64,000 nt of DNA, from assembly GCA_964607465.1 (NCBI GenBank), contig CAZSKS010000007.1, forward strand, positions 15,507 through 79,506, written 5' to 3'. A program made the position numbers and the translations under genes. Source of the DNA: an uncultured Gemmatimonadota bacterium. Lineage in GTDB: Bacteria; Gemmatimonadota; Gemmatimonadetes; Palauibacterales; Palauibacteraceae. The first letter of the stretch is position 1, and every line of letters starts with the position of its first letter. A model generated the notes under the pieces. It worked only from the letters and a program-made list of their open reading frames with translations, made no database searches and was not told where the DNA came from. Positions 35,705 through 45,400 of this stretch are shown here, one piece after another.

Positions 35705-36613
35705 TCACCGTCCCAGCATAGCCCGGAGAACGAAGCGCATGTTCGCTGGTCGCTCGGCGATCCGTCGCATCATGTACGGAAACCAGTCCGAGCCGAACGG
35801 CACGTATATTCGCACCGGATGTCCCTCCCCCAGGAGCTTGTCCTGAAGCTTCCGGTTGATTCCATATAGCATTTGAAACTCCAGCTCCTGTCCGGTTGCT
35901 CCGTTCGATGACGCGTAGTCGAGCGTGGCGGCGACCATTTCCTCGTCATGTGTGGCAATCGCCGTCGGAGCACCAGCGTCGAGAAGATTCCTCATCAGCA
36001 CGACGAAATTTTCGTCCACCTGCTCCTTGTCCTGGAATGCGAGCTCCTTCGGCTCGTCGTACGCGCCTTTCACCAGACGCACGGGAGCATTCGATCGGAT
36101 CAGATCAGCGACGTCTCGTCGGCTGCGACGCAGGTACGACTGAATCGCGACACCCACGTTCTTGAAGTCGGCGAACACAGAACGGAAGATGCGAAGCGTC
36201 GGCTCCGTATAAGCGCTCCCCTCCATATCGACTTCGACAAAGTTGTCTTTCTGATCAGCCTTGCCAACCACTCTCCGAAGGTTTGCTTCAGCCAGAGCCG
36301 CGTCGAAGCCAAGTCCCAGCTGTGTGAGCTTCACCGAAATCGTGGCATCCAGGCTCTCGTCATCCACGACTTCGATGCACCTGCGGTAGTCTCCGGCAGC
36401 ATCAAGCGCTCCCGCCACCCCTTCGACCTCTTCCCCGAGATGGTCGAGCGTCACAGAGAATCCCCTCGCGTTGAGCGACCGGGTCACTTCTACGGCATCC
36501 GCCAGCGTCTCGCCGGCTGCAAACCGGTGCGCGAATTTCTGAGCCGGGGTCCAACCGGTCGCCAGGTCCCGCATCCAGGCTCGCCGGGCCAGCCAGAGGA
36601 TCAACTTGCGCAT
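35705..36613 (-). CDS. Proline dehydrogenase (monofunctional PutA-like)
   Basis: ORF 35705..36712. Start placed at ATG 36613 ('MRKLILWLARRAW', typical PRODH N-terminus); alternative ATG at 36661. 'VRLVKGAYDEP' motif. Confidence 0.8.
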   Translation of the reverse strand: MRKLILWLARRAWMRDLATGWTPAQKFAHRFAAGETLADAVEVTRSLNARGFSVTLDHLGEEVEGVAGALDAAGDYRRCIEVVDDESLDATISVKLTQLGLGFDAALAEANLRRVVGKADQKDNFVEVDMEGSAYTEPTLRIFRSVFADFKNVGVAIQSYLRRSRRDVADLIRSNAPVRLVKGAYDEPKELAFQDKEQVDENFVVLMRNLLDAGAPTAIATHDEEMVAATLDYASSNGATGQELEFQMLYGINRKLQDKLLGEGHPVRIYVPFGSDWFPYMMRRIAERPANMRFVLRAMLGR

Positions 36614-36686
36614 ACTCGACGCACTCCCGCTGAAGAGTTGCTCGTGCTCGCGTGTCCTCATCGACCTTGAGGATATCGAACACTGA

Positions 36687-36702
36687 ATATCAGATACGAA
36701 GC
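36687..36702 (-). promoter_or_regulatory. Candidate operator site 3 (GCTTCGTATCTGATAT on the minus strand)
   Basis: Matches site 1 at 12/16 positions (TTCGTATC.GA.AT). Lies 26-74 nt upstream of the proline dehydrogenase start. Confidence 0.35.
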
Positions 36703-37030
36703 GCACGGGCAACTCTGTCGTGTGTCAGATCCCCCACGGGCGGACACGACGACCACGCCGGCGATATGTACGAGGAGCAGGGGGCAGTCCTGTCGGACCT
36801 TACGTGGCGGACACGCGATCGATCGGCCGGACGTCGCATTCGATGACGAGGTGCGGACCGTCCTGCGGGATCGGAGCGTACCCGCCCCGTCACCGGGAGC
36901 CGACACCCTCGAGGTCGATGGCGGCCACTTCAACACTGTGCGCCGGGAACGTCACAACGCCGAAGTGAAGAACAACAACTGCATAGCCCAAAGGCTGTCC
37001 CGTCCGTCTTGCCTGACGCACGCCGGTCTG

Positions 37031-37239
<209 letters not shown>

Positions 37240-37542
37240 GTGGAGGAAGGGGGCCGCAAGTTACGCCCGCGGCCGCCCCAGTCAACCCGGACGCGGCGCC
37301 AGGGTTCCGGGCCGGAGCGTACGCGTCGCGCCGGCCCGGTCAAAAGGGCCCGGGGGCGACCCGCTACCTGTTGTAGTTTTAGCACACCGGCGCTACGTTG
37401 GTTCCCGCGAACCTGCCGGCCCCGGACCGGTAGGAACCGGAGGCCGCGCCGACCGACCCGTCCCCCCGGCGGGACCGGGCCGAGCGTCGCTGAAACGAAA
37501 CGTCGCTGACAGACAGATCACTTCGAAACAGACGGCTCAACC

Positions 37543-38292
37543 ATGAAGAGATTCCCGTGGAAAGGCGCTCCCGCCCTGCTGCTGGCGGTCGCCGTGGTCG
37601 CATGCTCCTCGCTGGAGACCCGGATCACCCGGCCCGAGGACCAGCCCACGTCGATGCAGCTCCGGATCGAGGTGCCCCAGTCCGAATCCAGCAGCACCTC
37701 CAGCGCCCCGAGCCCCAGCGCCAACGTGATCGTCGAGGACGGGGACGTCACGCTGACCATCACCGCGGTCGAGATCGTCCTGGACCAGGTCGAGTTCCGC
37801 CGCGCCTCCGGGGAGGGCTGCGTCGATTCGGACGATCCCGAGCAGGACGACGGGGACTCCTGCGCCGAGCTGGCGGTCCAGCCGACCGTCGTGGAACTGC
37901 CGGTGGCCTCGGACCCGCTCAACTCCCAGGCCATCACCGTCGAGCCCGGCACCTACGAGGCGCTTGAGTTCGACGTGGTGGTCGCCACGGCCGACGTGAA
38001 TCAGACGCTGGCCGCGGCCGGCGCCAGCGTCCGGGTCCGCGGGAGCTTCGACGGAGAGGCCCTCAACGGCGCCACGTTCGCCCCGGCGGGCGAAGTCCAG
38101 CTGGAGCTGGAGGACCCCATCGAGCTGGGGGAGGGCTCCTCCTCGGGCATGACCCTGACGGTGGACGTGGCGTCCTGGTTCCAGGACGGCGACACCCTGA
38201 TCGATCCCAACGCGGCCGCCCAGGACAGTGCCCTCAGCGCGCAGGTCGGCCAGCGGATCCAGGAGTCCTTCTCGATCCGGGCCGGCGCCTGA
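37543..38292 (+). CDS. Lipoprotein, DUF4382-like
   Basis: Lipobox 'LLAVAVVAC'. 'VTLTITAVEIVLDQVEF...ITVEPGTYEALEFDV' resembles DUF4382 as I recall it. Confidence 0.55.
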   Translation: MKRFPWKGAPALLLAVAVVACSSLETRITRPEDQPTSMQLRIEVPQSESSSTSSAPSPSANVIVEDGDVTLTITAVEIVLDQVEFRRASGEGCVDSDDPEQDDGDSCAELAVQPTVVELPVASDPLNSQAITVEPGTYEALEFDVVVATADVNQTLAAAGASVRVRGSFDGEALNGATFAPAGEVQLELEDPIELGEGSSSGMTLTVDVASWFQDGDTLIDPNAAAQDSALSAQVGQRIQESFSIRAGA

Positions 38293-38293
38293 T

Positions 38294-38323
38294 CGCCCGG
38301 GCCTCGCGCGCGAGGCCCGGGCG
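38294..38323. terminator. Perfect 30-bp GC palindrome between convergent genes (bidirectional terminator-like hairpin, no U-tract)
   Basis: CGCCCGGGCCTCGCG / CGCGAGGCCCGGGCG. It begins 2 nt after the stop at 38292. Confidence 0.45.
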
Positions 38324-38403
38324 GGCGACCCGCTCCGCCGGAGCCTGAGGCCCGGCGCCGACTGAGCCCGACGTGGTCTCGGCGGCCCCCGCCGCCCGGG
38401 GCG

Positions 38404-38643
38404 CTACCAGTCCTCGGGCGGGCGACCCGGCCGGTCGTCCTCGTCGCGATCCAGCTCCTCCTCCAGCTCCTCCCACTCCTCGTCGAGGTCCTCGTCCGGG
38501 TCTTCCTCCCAGCCGTCGTCCTCGTCCCACTCGTCGTCGTCCCAGTCCTCGTCCTCGTCCCAGTCGTCCTCTTCGTCGGCGCGGGCCAGGAGCGGGTCGG
38601 GGCCCGGATCGGCCCGGAAGGGGAAATCGTCGTGCAGCGACAT
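38404..38643 (-). CDS. Small, extremely acidic Trp-periodic protein (79 aa)
   Basis: ATG 38643 is preceded by GAGGAGG. G/C-ending codons predominate. Sequence 'DEEDDWDEDEDWDDDEWDEDDGWEEDPDEDLDEEWEELEEE...PEDW'. Confidence 0.55.
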   Translation of the reverse strand: MSLHDDFPFRADPGPDPLLARADEEDDWDEDEDWDDDEWDEDDGWEEDPDEDLDEEWEELEEELDRDEDDRPGRPPEDW

Positions 38644-38838
38644 GGGGGCGTCCTCCTCGGTGGTTGGGGACAGGTCCGGCCGGCCGCGTCCCGGCGATCC
38701 CGGAGCGGCCGGGAGGCCCGGAGACCACCGGCAGCAAGCTAAATCCGGGACCGGCCCTGTCAAGACGGTTCGGCGGGGCGGCCGGAGCGCGCGACGGGGG
38801 CGGCGCGATCCGGGGCCGGGGGGGGCTCGGTCGGCCGC

Positions 38839-40794
38839 TCAGCCGGCCGGGCCCGCCCCGCTCTCCTTCCGGTCCCGCTTCCGCCCGTGGGGCGTCAGCG
38901 AGCGCTTGCGCAGGCGGATGGCGCCGGGGGTGACTTCCACCAGCTCGTCATCCTCGATGAACTCCAGGCCGAACTCCAGCGTCACCTCCCGGGCGGGCTC
39001 CAGCTCGATGGCCTCGTCGGCCCCCGCGGCCCGGACGTTCGTCAGCTTCTTCCCCTTGGTGACGTTGATCTCCAGGTCGTTCTCCCGGTTGTGCTCCCCG
39101 ACGATCATGCCGTCGTACACCTCGTCGCCGGGGCGCACGAACATCTGCCCCCGGTCCTGCAGGTTCCACAGCGAGTAGGCCGTGGCGGTGCCCCGGACCA
39201 TGGAGACCAGGGCCCCCGTCCGGCGGGTCTCCAGCGGGCCGGCCCACGCGTCGTAGCGGGCGAACTGCCGGTGGAGGGTGCCCTCGCCCCGGGTGTCGGT
39301 GAGGAACTCCGACCGGTAGCCGGCCAGGCCCCGGGAGGGGACCTCGAAGCGCAGTCGGACGGCCCCGCCCACGTCCCGTGACATGTCCACCATCTCGCCC
39401 TTCCGCTCGCCCAGGCCCTCGATGACCCGGCCCATCACCGTGTCCGGAACGTCGGTCACCACCTCCTCGTAGGGCTCCAGCAGCCGGCCGTCCGCGTCCT
39501 CCCGGGTGATGACCTCGGGACGCGAGACGCTGAACTCGTAGCCCTCCCGCCGCATCTGCTCCATCACCACCGCCAGGTGCAGCTCCCCCCGGCCCGCCAC
39601 CCGGAAGCGGTCGGGGTCGTCGGTGGGCTCCACCCGCAGCGCCACGTTGCCCAGCATCTCCCGCTCCAGCCGCTCCCGGATCTGCCGCGAAGTGACCTTG
39701 TCCCCCGAGCGGCCCGAGAAGGGCGAGTCGTTGGGGCGGATCTCGACGGCGATGGTGGGCGGCTCCACGGCGATGCCCTCCAGCCGGCCGGGGCGCTCGG
39801 GGTCGCACAGGGTGGCGCCGATCTCGGCGTCCTCCATCCCCGCCACGGCCAGGATCTCGCCGGCACGCCCCCCCTCCACCTCGCCCTTCTCCAGCCCCTC
39901 GAAGGCATACAGCTTGGGCACCTGCACCTCGAGGGTCGGCTCGTCGGCGTCCAGGGGCCAGACCGCCACCTGGTCGCCCACCGAGACGCGGCCGGACTCG
40001 ATGCGGCCGATGGCCAGCCGGCCCAGGTAGGGCGAGTAGTCGAGGGTCGAGACCAGGAGCCGGAAGGGCCCGTCGGGGTCGCCGTCCGGCGCCGGCACGG
40101 TCTCCACGATGGCCCGGAACAGCTCCTCCAGCCCGCCCGGGCCCGGACCGGGGGCCGCCCCTCCCGGCGCGCCGCCCCCTCCTCCCGCGGGCGCCGCGTC
40201 CCGGGCCCCCTCGGCCGCCCCGACGCCGGCGCGCCGCAGCTCCCCCGCCCGCTCCTCGTCCAGGGTCGCCCAGCCGTCCCGGGCCGAGGCGTACAGGAAG
40301 GGAGCGTCGAGCTGGTCGTCGTCCGCCTCCAGCTCGATGAGCAGGTCCAGCACCTCGTCGTGCACCCGCAGGGGCTCGGCGTCGGGGCGGTCCACCTTGT
40401 TGACCACCACCACGGGCTGGAGGCCCAGCTCCAGGGCCTTGCGGGTGACGAACCGCGTCTGGGGCATGGGCCCCTCGAAGGCGTCCACCAGCAGGAGCAC
40501 GCCGTCCACCATCCGGAGGATGCGCTCCACCTCGCCCCCGAAGTCGGCGTGGCCGGGGGTGTCCACCAGGTTGATCTTCACGTCCTCTCCCCCGGGCGAG
40601 GTCCACCGGATGGCGGCGTTCTTCGAGAAGATCGTGATCCCCCGCTCTCGCTCCTGCGGATCGCGGTCCATGACGCGCTCCTCGACCTTCTGGCCCTGCC
40701 GGAAGGTGCCGGTGGCCTGGAGCATCCGGTCCACGAGGGTGGTCTTCCCGTGGTCCACGTGCGCGATGATCGCGATGTTGCGGAGCGCCGTCAC
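38839..40794 (-). CDS. typA: Translational GTPase TypA/BipA
   Basis: ORF 38839..41334. Start placed at GTG 40794 ('VTALRNIAIIAHVDHGKTTLVD'). G motifs 'DTPGHADF' and 'NKVD'. BipA-like C-terminal domains. Confidence 0.9.
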   Translation of the reverse strand: MTALRNIAIIAHVDHGKTTLVDRMLQATGTFRQGQKVEERVMDRDPQERERGITIFSKNAAIRWTSPGGEDVKINLVDTPGHADFGGEVERILRMVDGVLLLVDAFEGPMPQTRFVTRKALELGLQPVVVVNKVDRPDAEPLRVHDEVLDLLIELEADDDQLDAPFLYASARDGWATLDEERAGELRRAGVGAAEGARDAAPAGGGGGAPGGAAPGPGPGGLEELFRAIVETVPAPDGDPDGPFRLLVSTLDYSPYLGRLAIGRIESGRVSVGDQVAVWPLDADEPTLEVQVPKLYAFEGLEKGEVEGGRAGEILAVAGMEDAEIGATLCDPERPGRLEGIAVEPPTIAVEIRPNDSPFSGRSGDKVTSRQIRERLEREMLGNVALRVEPTDDPDRFRVAGRGELHLAVVMEQMRREGYEFSVSRPEVITREDADGRLLEPYEEVVTDVPDTVMGRVIEGLGERKGEMVDMSRDVGGAVRLRFEVPSRGLAGYRSEFLTDTRGEGTLHRQFARYDAWAGPLETRRTGALVSMVRGTATAYSLWNLQDRGQMFVRPGDEVYDGMIVGEHNRENDLEINVTKGKKLTNVRAAGADEAIELEPAREVTLEFGLEFIEDDELVEVTPGAIRLRKRSLTPHGRKRDRKESGAGPAG

Positions 40795-41372
40795 GTCGGT
40801 CGGGTCCGTCGATGTCGGGTGGCAGAGGGTGGCCAGAGGCGGCGGGACGTACCTACCCGAACCCCCGCCGCGAGTGCCGACGGCAGCTCCGCTTCTCCGA
40901 CGGCGGGGGCGGTCCTCCGGGTCGGGTGGCACGAGATTCCTCCGGTACGCCGCCGGGCGGGGCGGGGCCCCCGGACGACGCCGACCGCCCCCCAGGGCGC
41001 CGTCCGCCCCCGGGGCGCCGTCCGCTCCGGGAGCCGCCTCCCCCCTCCAGGGCGGGGTGGCGGGCGGTACGTCCGCTCCGGCTCCGCTCCGGGGGATGGG
41101 GTGGGGACGGCCCCCGACACTCCCGGTGCGAAGGGTGGGAGGGCGGCGGGCGTCCCGCGACATTCTGCGCCACGGTGTGTCCGGGACCCGGTCCCCTCCG
41201 GCGCAGCAGCGCCGAGCGGGAGGCCCGTCGCCCTCCCACCCGCCGAGTACCGAGATCCCGAGCGCCGACGCCGTCCCCGCCCACCACCCACCAGGAGAGC
41301 CGGAGCGCGACCACCCGCCCCCCCGTCCGTCCACGTTGCTGGTGACCGACGGCTCCCCTACCTTGCGGCCCT

Positions 41373-42443
41373 ATGAGCGCCCCGACCCCCAGCGCCCGCT
41401 CCGCCCCCGGCGCGGCCCCCGGAGATCCGCCCCGTTCCCGACCCGGGATCCTCGTGTGCGCCCTCGTCGCGCTGCTCGCCGCCGGGTGCGGCCAGCAGGG
41501 GGCCATCGGCCAGGCCAACACCGTGGTGGTGGTGACCGCCGCCGACTCCGTCTGGCAGCAGCTCCGCGACACCACGAAGACGGTCCTGGAGCCCACCTTC
41601 TTCTCCACGCGGGAGGAGAAGAGATTCTACGTGGAGGGGGTGGACACCGCTTCCACGCTGGACTTCCAGCGCCTGCGGCAGTTCCGGCAGGTGGCGATCT
41701 TCGGCACGCCGGACGACCGGTTCGTGCGTGCGGCCATGGAGTCCGCCGACCTGGACCCGGCCGACCTCGAGCCGCCGACGGTCTTCGAGACGTCCGATCT
41801 GTGGGCCGACGGCCAGCACGTCATCGTCGTGGTGCTGGACCCCGATCGTCCGGCCGAGAGCTGGCGGGCGCAGCTTCCCGAGGTCGCCGACCGGGCGGAC
41901 GACTGGTACCGGAACTTCGTCGAGGGACGGATGTTCGTGAGCGGCGTGGACTCGGCGGCCATGGACTCCCTGGGCCGGAGGTTCGGCTTCCACCTGCGAT
42001 TCCCCCGGGTGTACGACGTCACCGTCCGGGACGCCGAGGCGGGGCCGGTCATCGTCCGGAACGACAACCCCGACCCCTCCGACCTCATCCGCTCGGTCCT
42101 GGTGGCCTGGCGCTCCCCGCCCCTGGACAGCCTCACCGCCGGGGCCGCCGAGGCATGGCGGGCCGCGGTGGACAGCGTCCACTACAACGTGGCCCAGGCC
42201 ATGGACCGCTCCCGGGGCGAGGTCCGGCGGCTGGAGGTCGACGGCCGGGCCGCGCTGGAGATCACCGGCGCGTGGAGCGACGAGGGGACCGAGTACCCGG
42301 CGGCGGGGCCCTTCGTGGCGCGCCTGGTGGACTGCCCCGACCGGACGTACTTCCTGGACGCCTGGGTCTACGCGCCGGGCAAGGACAAGTACCAGTACGT
42401 GCTGCAGGTCCGTAACGTCCTCGACTCCTTCCGCTGCGGTTGA
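41373..42443 (+). CDS. Hypothetical lipoprotein (possibly DUF4837-like)
   Basis: 356 aa with lipobox 'LVALLAAGC'. No catalytic motif recognised. The stop overlaps the dnaE ATG (TGATG). Confidence 0.5.
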   Translation: MSAPTPSARSAPGAAPGDPPRSRPGILVCALVALLAAGCGQQGAIGQANTVVVVTAADSVWQQLRDTTKTVLEPTFFSTREEKRFYVEGVDTASTLDFQRLRQFRQVAIFGTPDDRFVRAAMESADLDPADLEPPTVFETSDLWADGQHVIVVVLDPDRPAESWRAQLPEVADRADDWYRNFVEGRMFVSGVDSAAMDSLGRRFGFHLRFPRVYDVTVRDAEAGPVIVRNDNPDPSDLIRSVLVAWRSPPLDSLTAGAAEAWRAAVDSVHYNVAQAMDRSRGEVRRLEVDGRAALEITGAWSDEGTEYPAAGPFVARLVDCPDRTYFLDAWVYAPGKDKYQYVLQVRNVLDSFRCG

Positions 42444-45400
42444 TGTCCTTCGTCCACCTGCACACCCACAGCGAGTACTCGCTCCTGGACGGGGCGAACC
42501 GCATCGACGAGCTGGTGCGCCGGACCGACCGCCTGGGCATGCCCGCCGTCGCCCTCACCGACCACGGCAACCTCCACGGGGCCTGGGAGTTCCAGGAGAA
42601 GGCCCGCCAGCGGGGCATTCATCCGATCATCGGCTGCGAGGCCTACGTGGCCTACGGCGACCGGCGCTCGAAGGAGAAGCCGCCGGAGGCGCCCGCCGAG
42701 AGCGCCCACCTGGTGCTGCTGGCCGAGAACCGGACGGGCTACGACAACCTCATCGAGCTCTCCTCCATCGGCTACCTGGAGGGCTTCTACCGCAAGCCCC
42801 GCATCGACCACGAGGTGCTGGAGGAGCACGCCGAGGGCCTCATCGTCCTCAGCGCCTGCCTGTCGGGCGAGGTGGCGAAGTACCTGTCGCTGGACCGGTA
42901 CGAGGACGCGAAGCGGACGGCGGAATGGTACGCCTCGGTGTTCGGCGAGGAGAACTACTGGCTGGAGGTCCAGGACCACGGCATCGAGGGCCAGGACAGG
43001 GTCAACGAGGGGGTCTTCCGCCTGGCCGACGAGGTGGGGCTGGGCGTGGTGGTCACCAACGACGCCCACTACCTCCGCCGGGAGGACGCCGACGCCCACG
43101 ACACCCTGCTCTGCATCGGCACGGGCAAGGACAAGAGCGACGAGGACCGGCTCCGCTTCGAGACCGAGGAGAGCTACTTCAAGTCGCCGGAGGAGATGGC
43201 GGAGCTCTTCCCGGACCGGCCGGAGCTGCTGGAGAACACGCTGCGGATCGCCGAGCGGTGCGAGGTCTCCTTCGAGGAGAGCTACCACCTCCCGAACTTC
43301 CCCCTGCCGGAGCGCTTCGGGGACGACGACGCCTACCTGCGGCACCTGGCCGAGGAGGGGGCGAGGGAGCGGTACGAGGCGCCGCTCCCGGACGGGGTGC
43401 GCGAGCGGCTGGACTACGAGCTGGGCGTCATCCGGGAGACCGGCTACGCCGGCTATTTCCTCATCGTGTGGGACTTCATCCGGGCGGCCCGGGAGCGCGA
43501 CATCCCCGTGGGCCCCGGCCGGGGCTCGGCCGCGGGCTCGCTGGTGGCCTACTGCCTCCGGGTCACCGACGTGGACCCCCTCCGCTTCGACCTGCTCTTC
43601 GAGCGGTTCCTGAACCCCGAGCGGCTGTCGATGCCGGACATCGACATCGACTTCTGCTACGAGCGGCGCGGCGAGGTCATCGACTACGTGCGCCAGAAGT
43701 ACGGCGAGGCGTCGGTGGGCCAGATCATCACCTTCGGGACGATGAAGGCCCGGGCCGTGGTCCGGGACGTGGGCCGGGTGCTGGGCTTCACCCCCGGCGA
43801 GACGGACCGGCTGGCCAAGCTGATCCCCTCCGGGCCCGGCTACTCCCTCACCGTCGAGGAGGCGGTGGAGGAGGTGCCCGAGCTGGAGGAGCTGTACCGG
43901 GACAGCGACCGGCACCGCGAGCTGCTGGACTACGCGATGAAGATCGAGGGGCTCTCCCGGCACAGCTCGGTGCACGCCGCCGGCGTGGTCATCGCCCCCG
44001 GGCCCCTGACGGACTACGTGCCGGTCTGCACCGACGCGAAGGACGGCGAGCAGACCGTCGTCACCCAGTACGACATGACCGCCCTGGAGAAGGCGGGCAT
44101 GCTGAAGATGGACTTCCTGGGGCTGCGGACGCTCACCGTCATCGACGACGCCCTGCAGGCGGTGGAGGACCGCCACGGCGTGGAGGTGGACTGGGAGGAG
44201 GTCGGCCTCGACGACCCTGGCGTCTACGAGATGCTGGCCTCGGGCGGCACCAGCGGCGTCTTCCAGTTCGAGTCGGCGCTGGCCACCGAGAAGCTGCGGG
44301 CCATGCGGTGCGACCGCTTCGACGACCTCATCGCCGTGAACGCCCTCATCCGCCCCGGGCCGCTCGATTCCGGGATGACCGACGTCTACATCAAGCGGAA
44401 GCGGGGGATGGAGGAGGTCCGCTACCCGCACCCCGCCCTGGAGGAGGTACTGGAGCCCACCTTCGGGATCATCGTCTACCAGGAGCAGGTGATGCGGGCG
44501 GCCCAGCTCCTGGCGGGCTATTCCCTGGCCGAGGCCGACGTGCTGCGGAAGGCGGTGGGGAAGAAGGACGCCGACCTCATCGCCCGCGAGCTGGAGCGCT
44601 TCAAGGAACGGTGTGTCGAGAACGGCGTGGACCCACGGCGGGCGGACGAGATCGCCGGCCTCATCGAGACCTTCGGCCGGTACGGATTCAACAAGGCCCA
44701 CAGCGCGGCCTACGCCCTCCTCTCCTACCGCACCGCCTGGCTCAAGGCCCACTACCCGGCGGAGTTCATGGCCGCCCTCCTCTCGTCGGAGATCGGCGAC
44801 ACCGACAAGGTGGTGGCCTACATCGCCGAGGCCCGGGAGCTGGGCATCGAGGTGCTGCCGCCCGACGTGAACGAGTCGGGCTACAAGTTCACCGTGGTGG
44901 ACGACGACCGGATCCGCTTCGGGCTGGGCGCCATCAAGGGGGTGGGGGAGTCGGCCATCCGCTCCATCATGGAGGCCCGGGAGGAGGAGGGCGCGTTCGC
45001 GTCGCTCTTCGACTTCTGCTGCCGCGTGGATCTCCGGCTGAACAACCGCCGCGCCCAGGAGGCGATGATCCAGGCGGGGGCCATGGACGACCTGGGCGAC
45101 CGCGCGGCCATGGTCGAGGGGCTGGAGGCCGTCATGTCCGAGGCCCAGCTCCGCAAGCGAGAGGAGGAGACCGGCCAGGGGTCGCTCTTCGGCGGCGACG
45201 CCGGGCCCGAGCGGCCCCGTCCGGAGCTGCCGGACGTCGCCTCGTGGGGGGAGAAGGAGCGGCTGGCCCGGGAGAAGGAGGTGCTGGGCTTCTACACCTC
45301 CGGCCACCCCCTGGACCGCTTCGAGGAGCTGGTGCGTCTCTACGCCGCCGACGTGAACACGGCCAACCTCGTCGAGCACCGCGACCGTCCCGTCCAGCTG

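Noticed and set aside
40795-41372. The typA ORF extends 180 codons upstream (to 41334). The region also has a 13-mer direct repeat GGGCGCCGTCCGC at 40995-41007 and 41013-41025.
   Set aside because: The extension is Arg/Pro/Gly junk, and the conserved TypA N-terminus begins at 40794. I treat the repeat as low-complexity GC-rich sequence. It is neither a CRISPR array nor a gene. The 578-bp gap remains unexplained.
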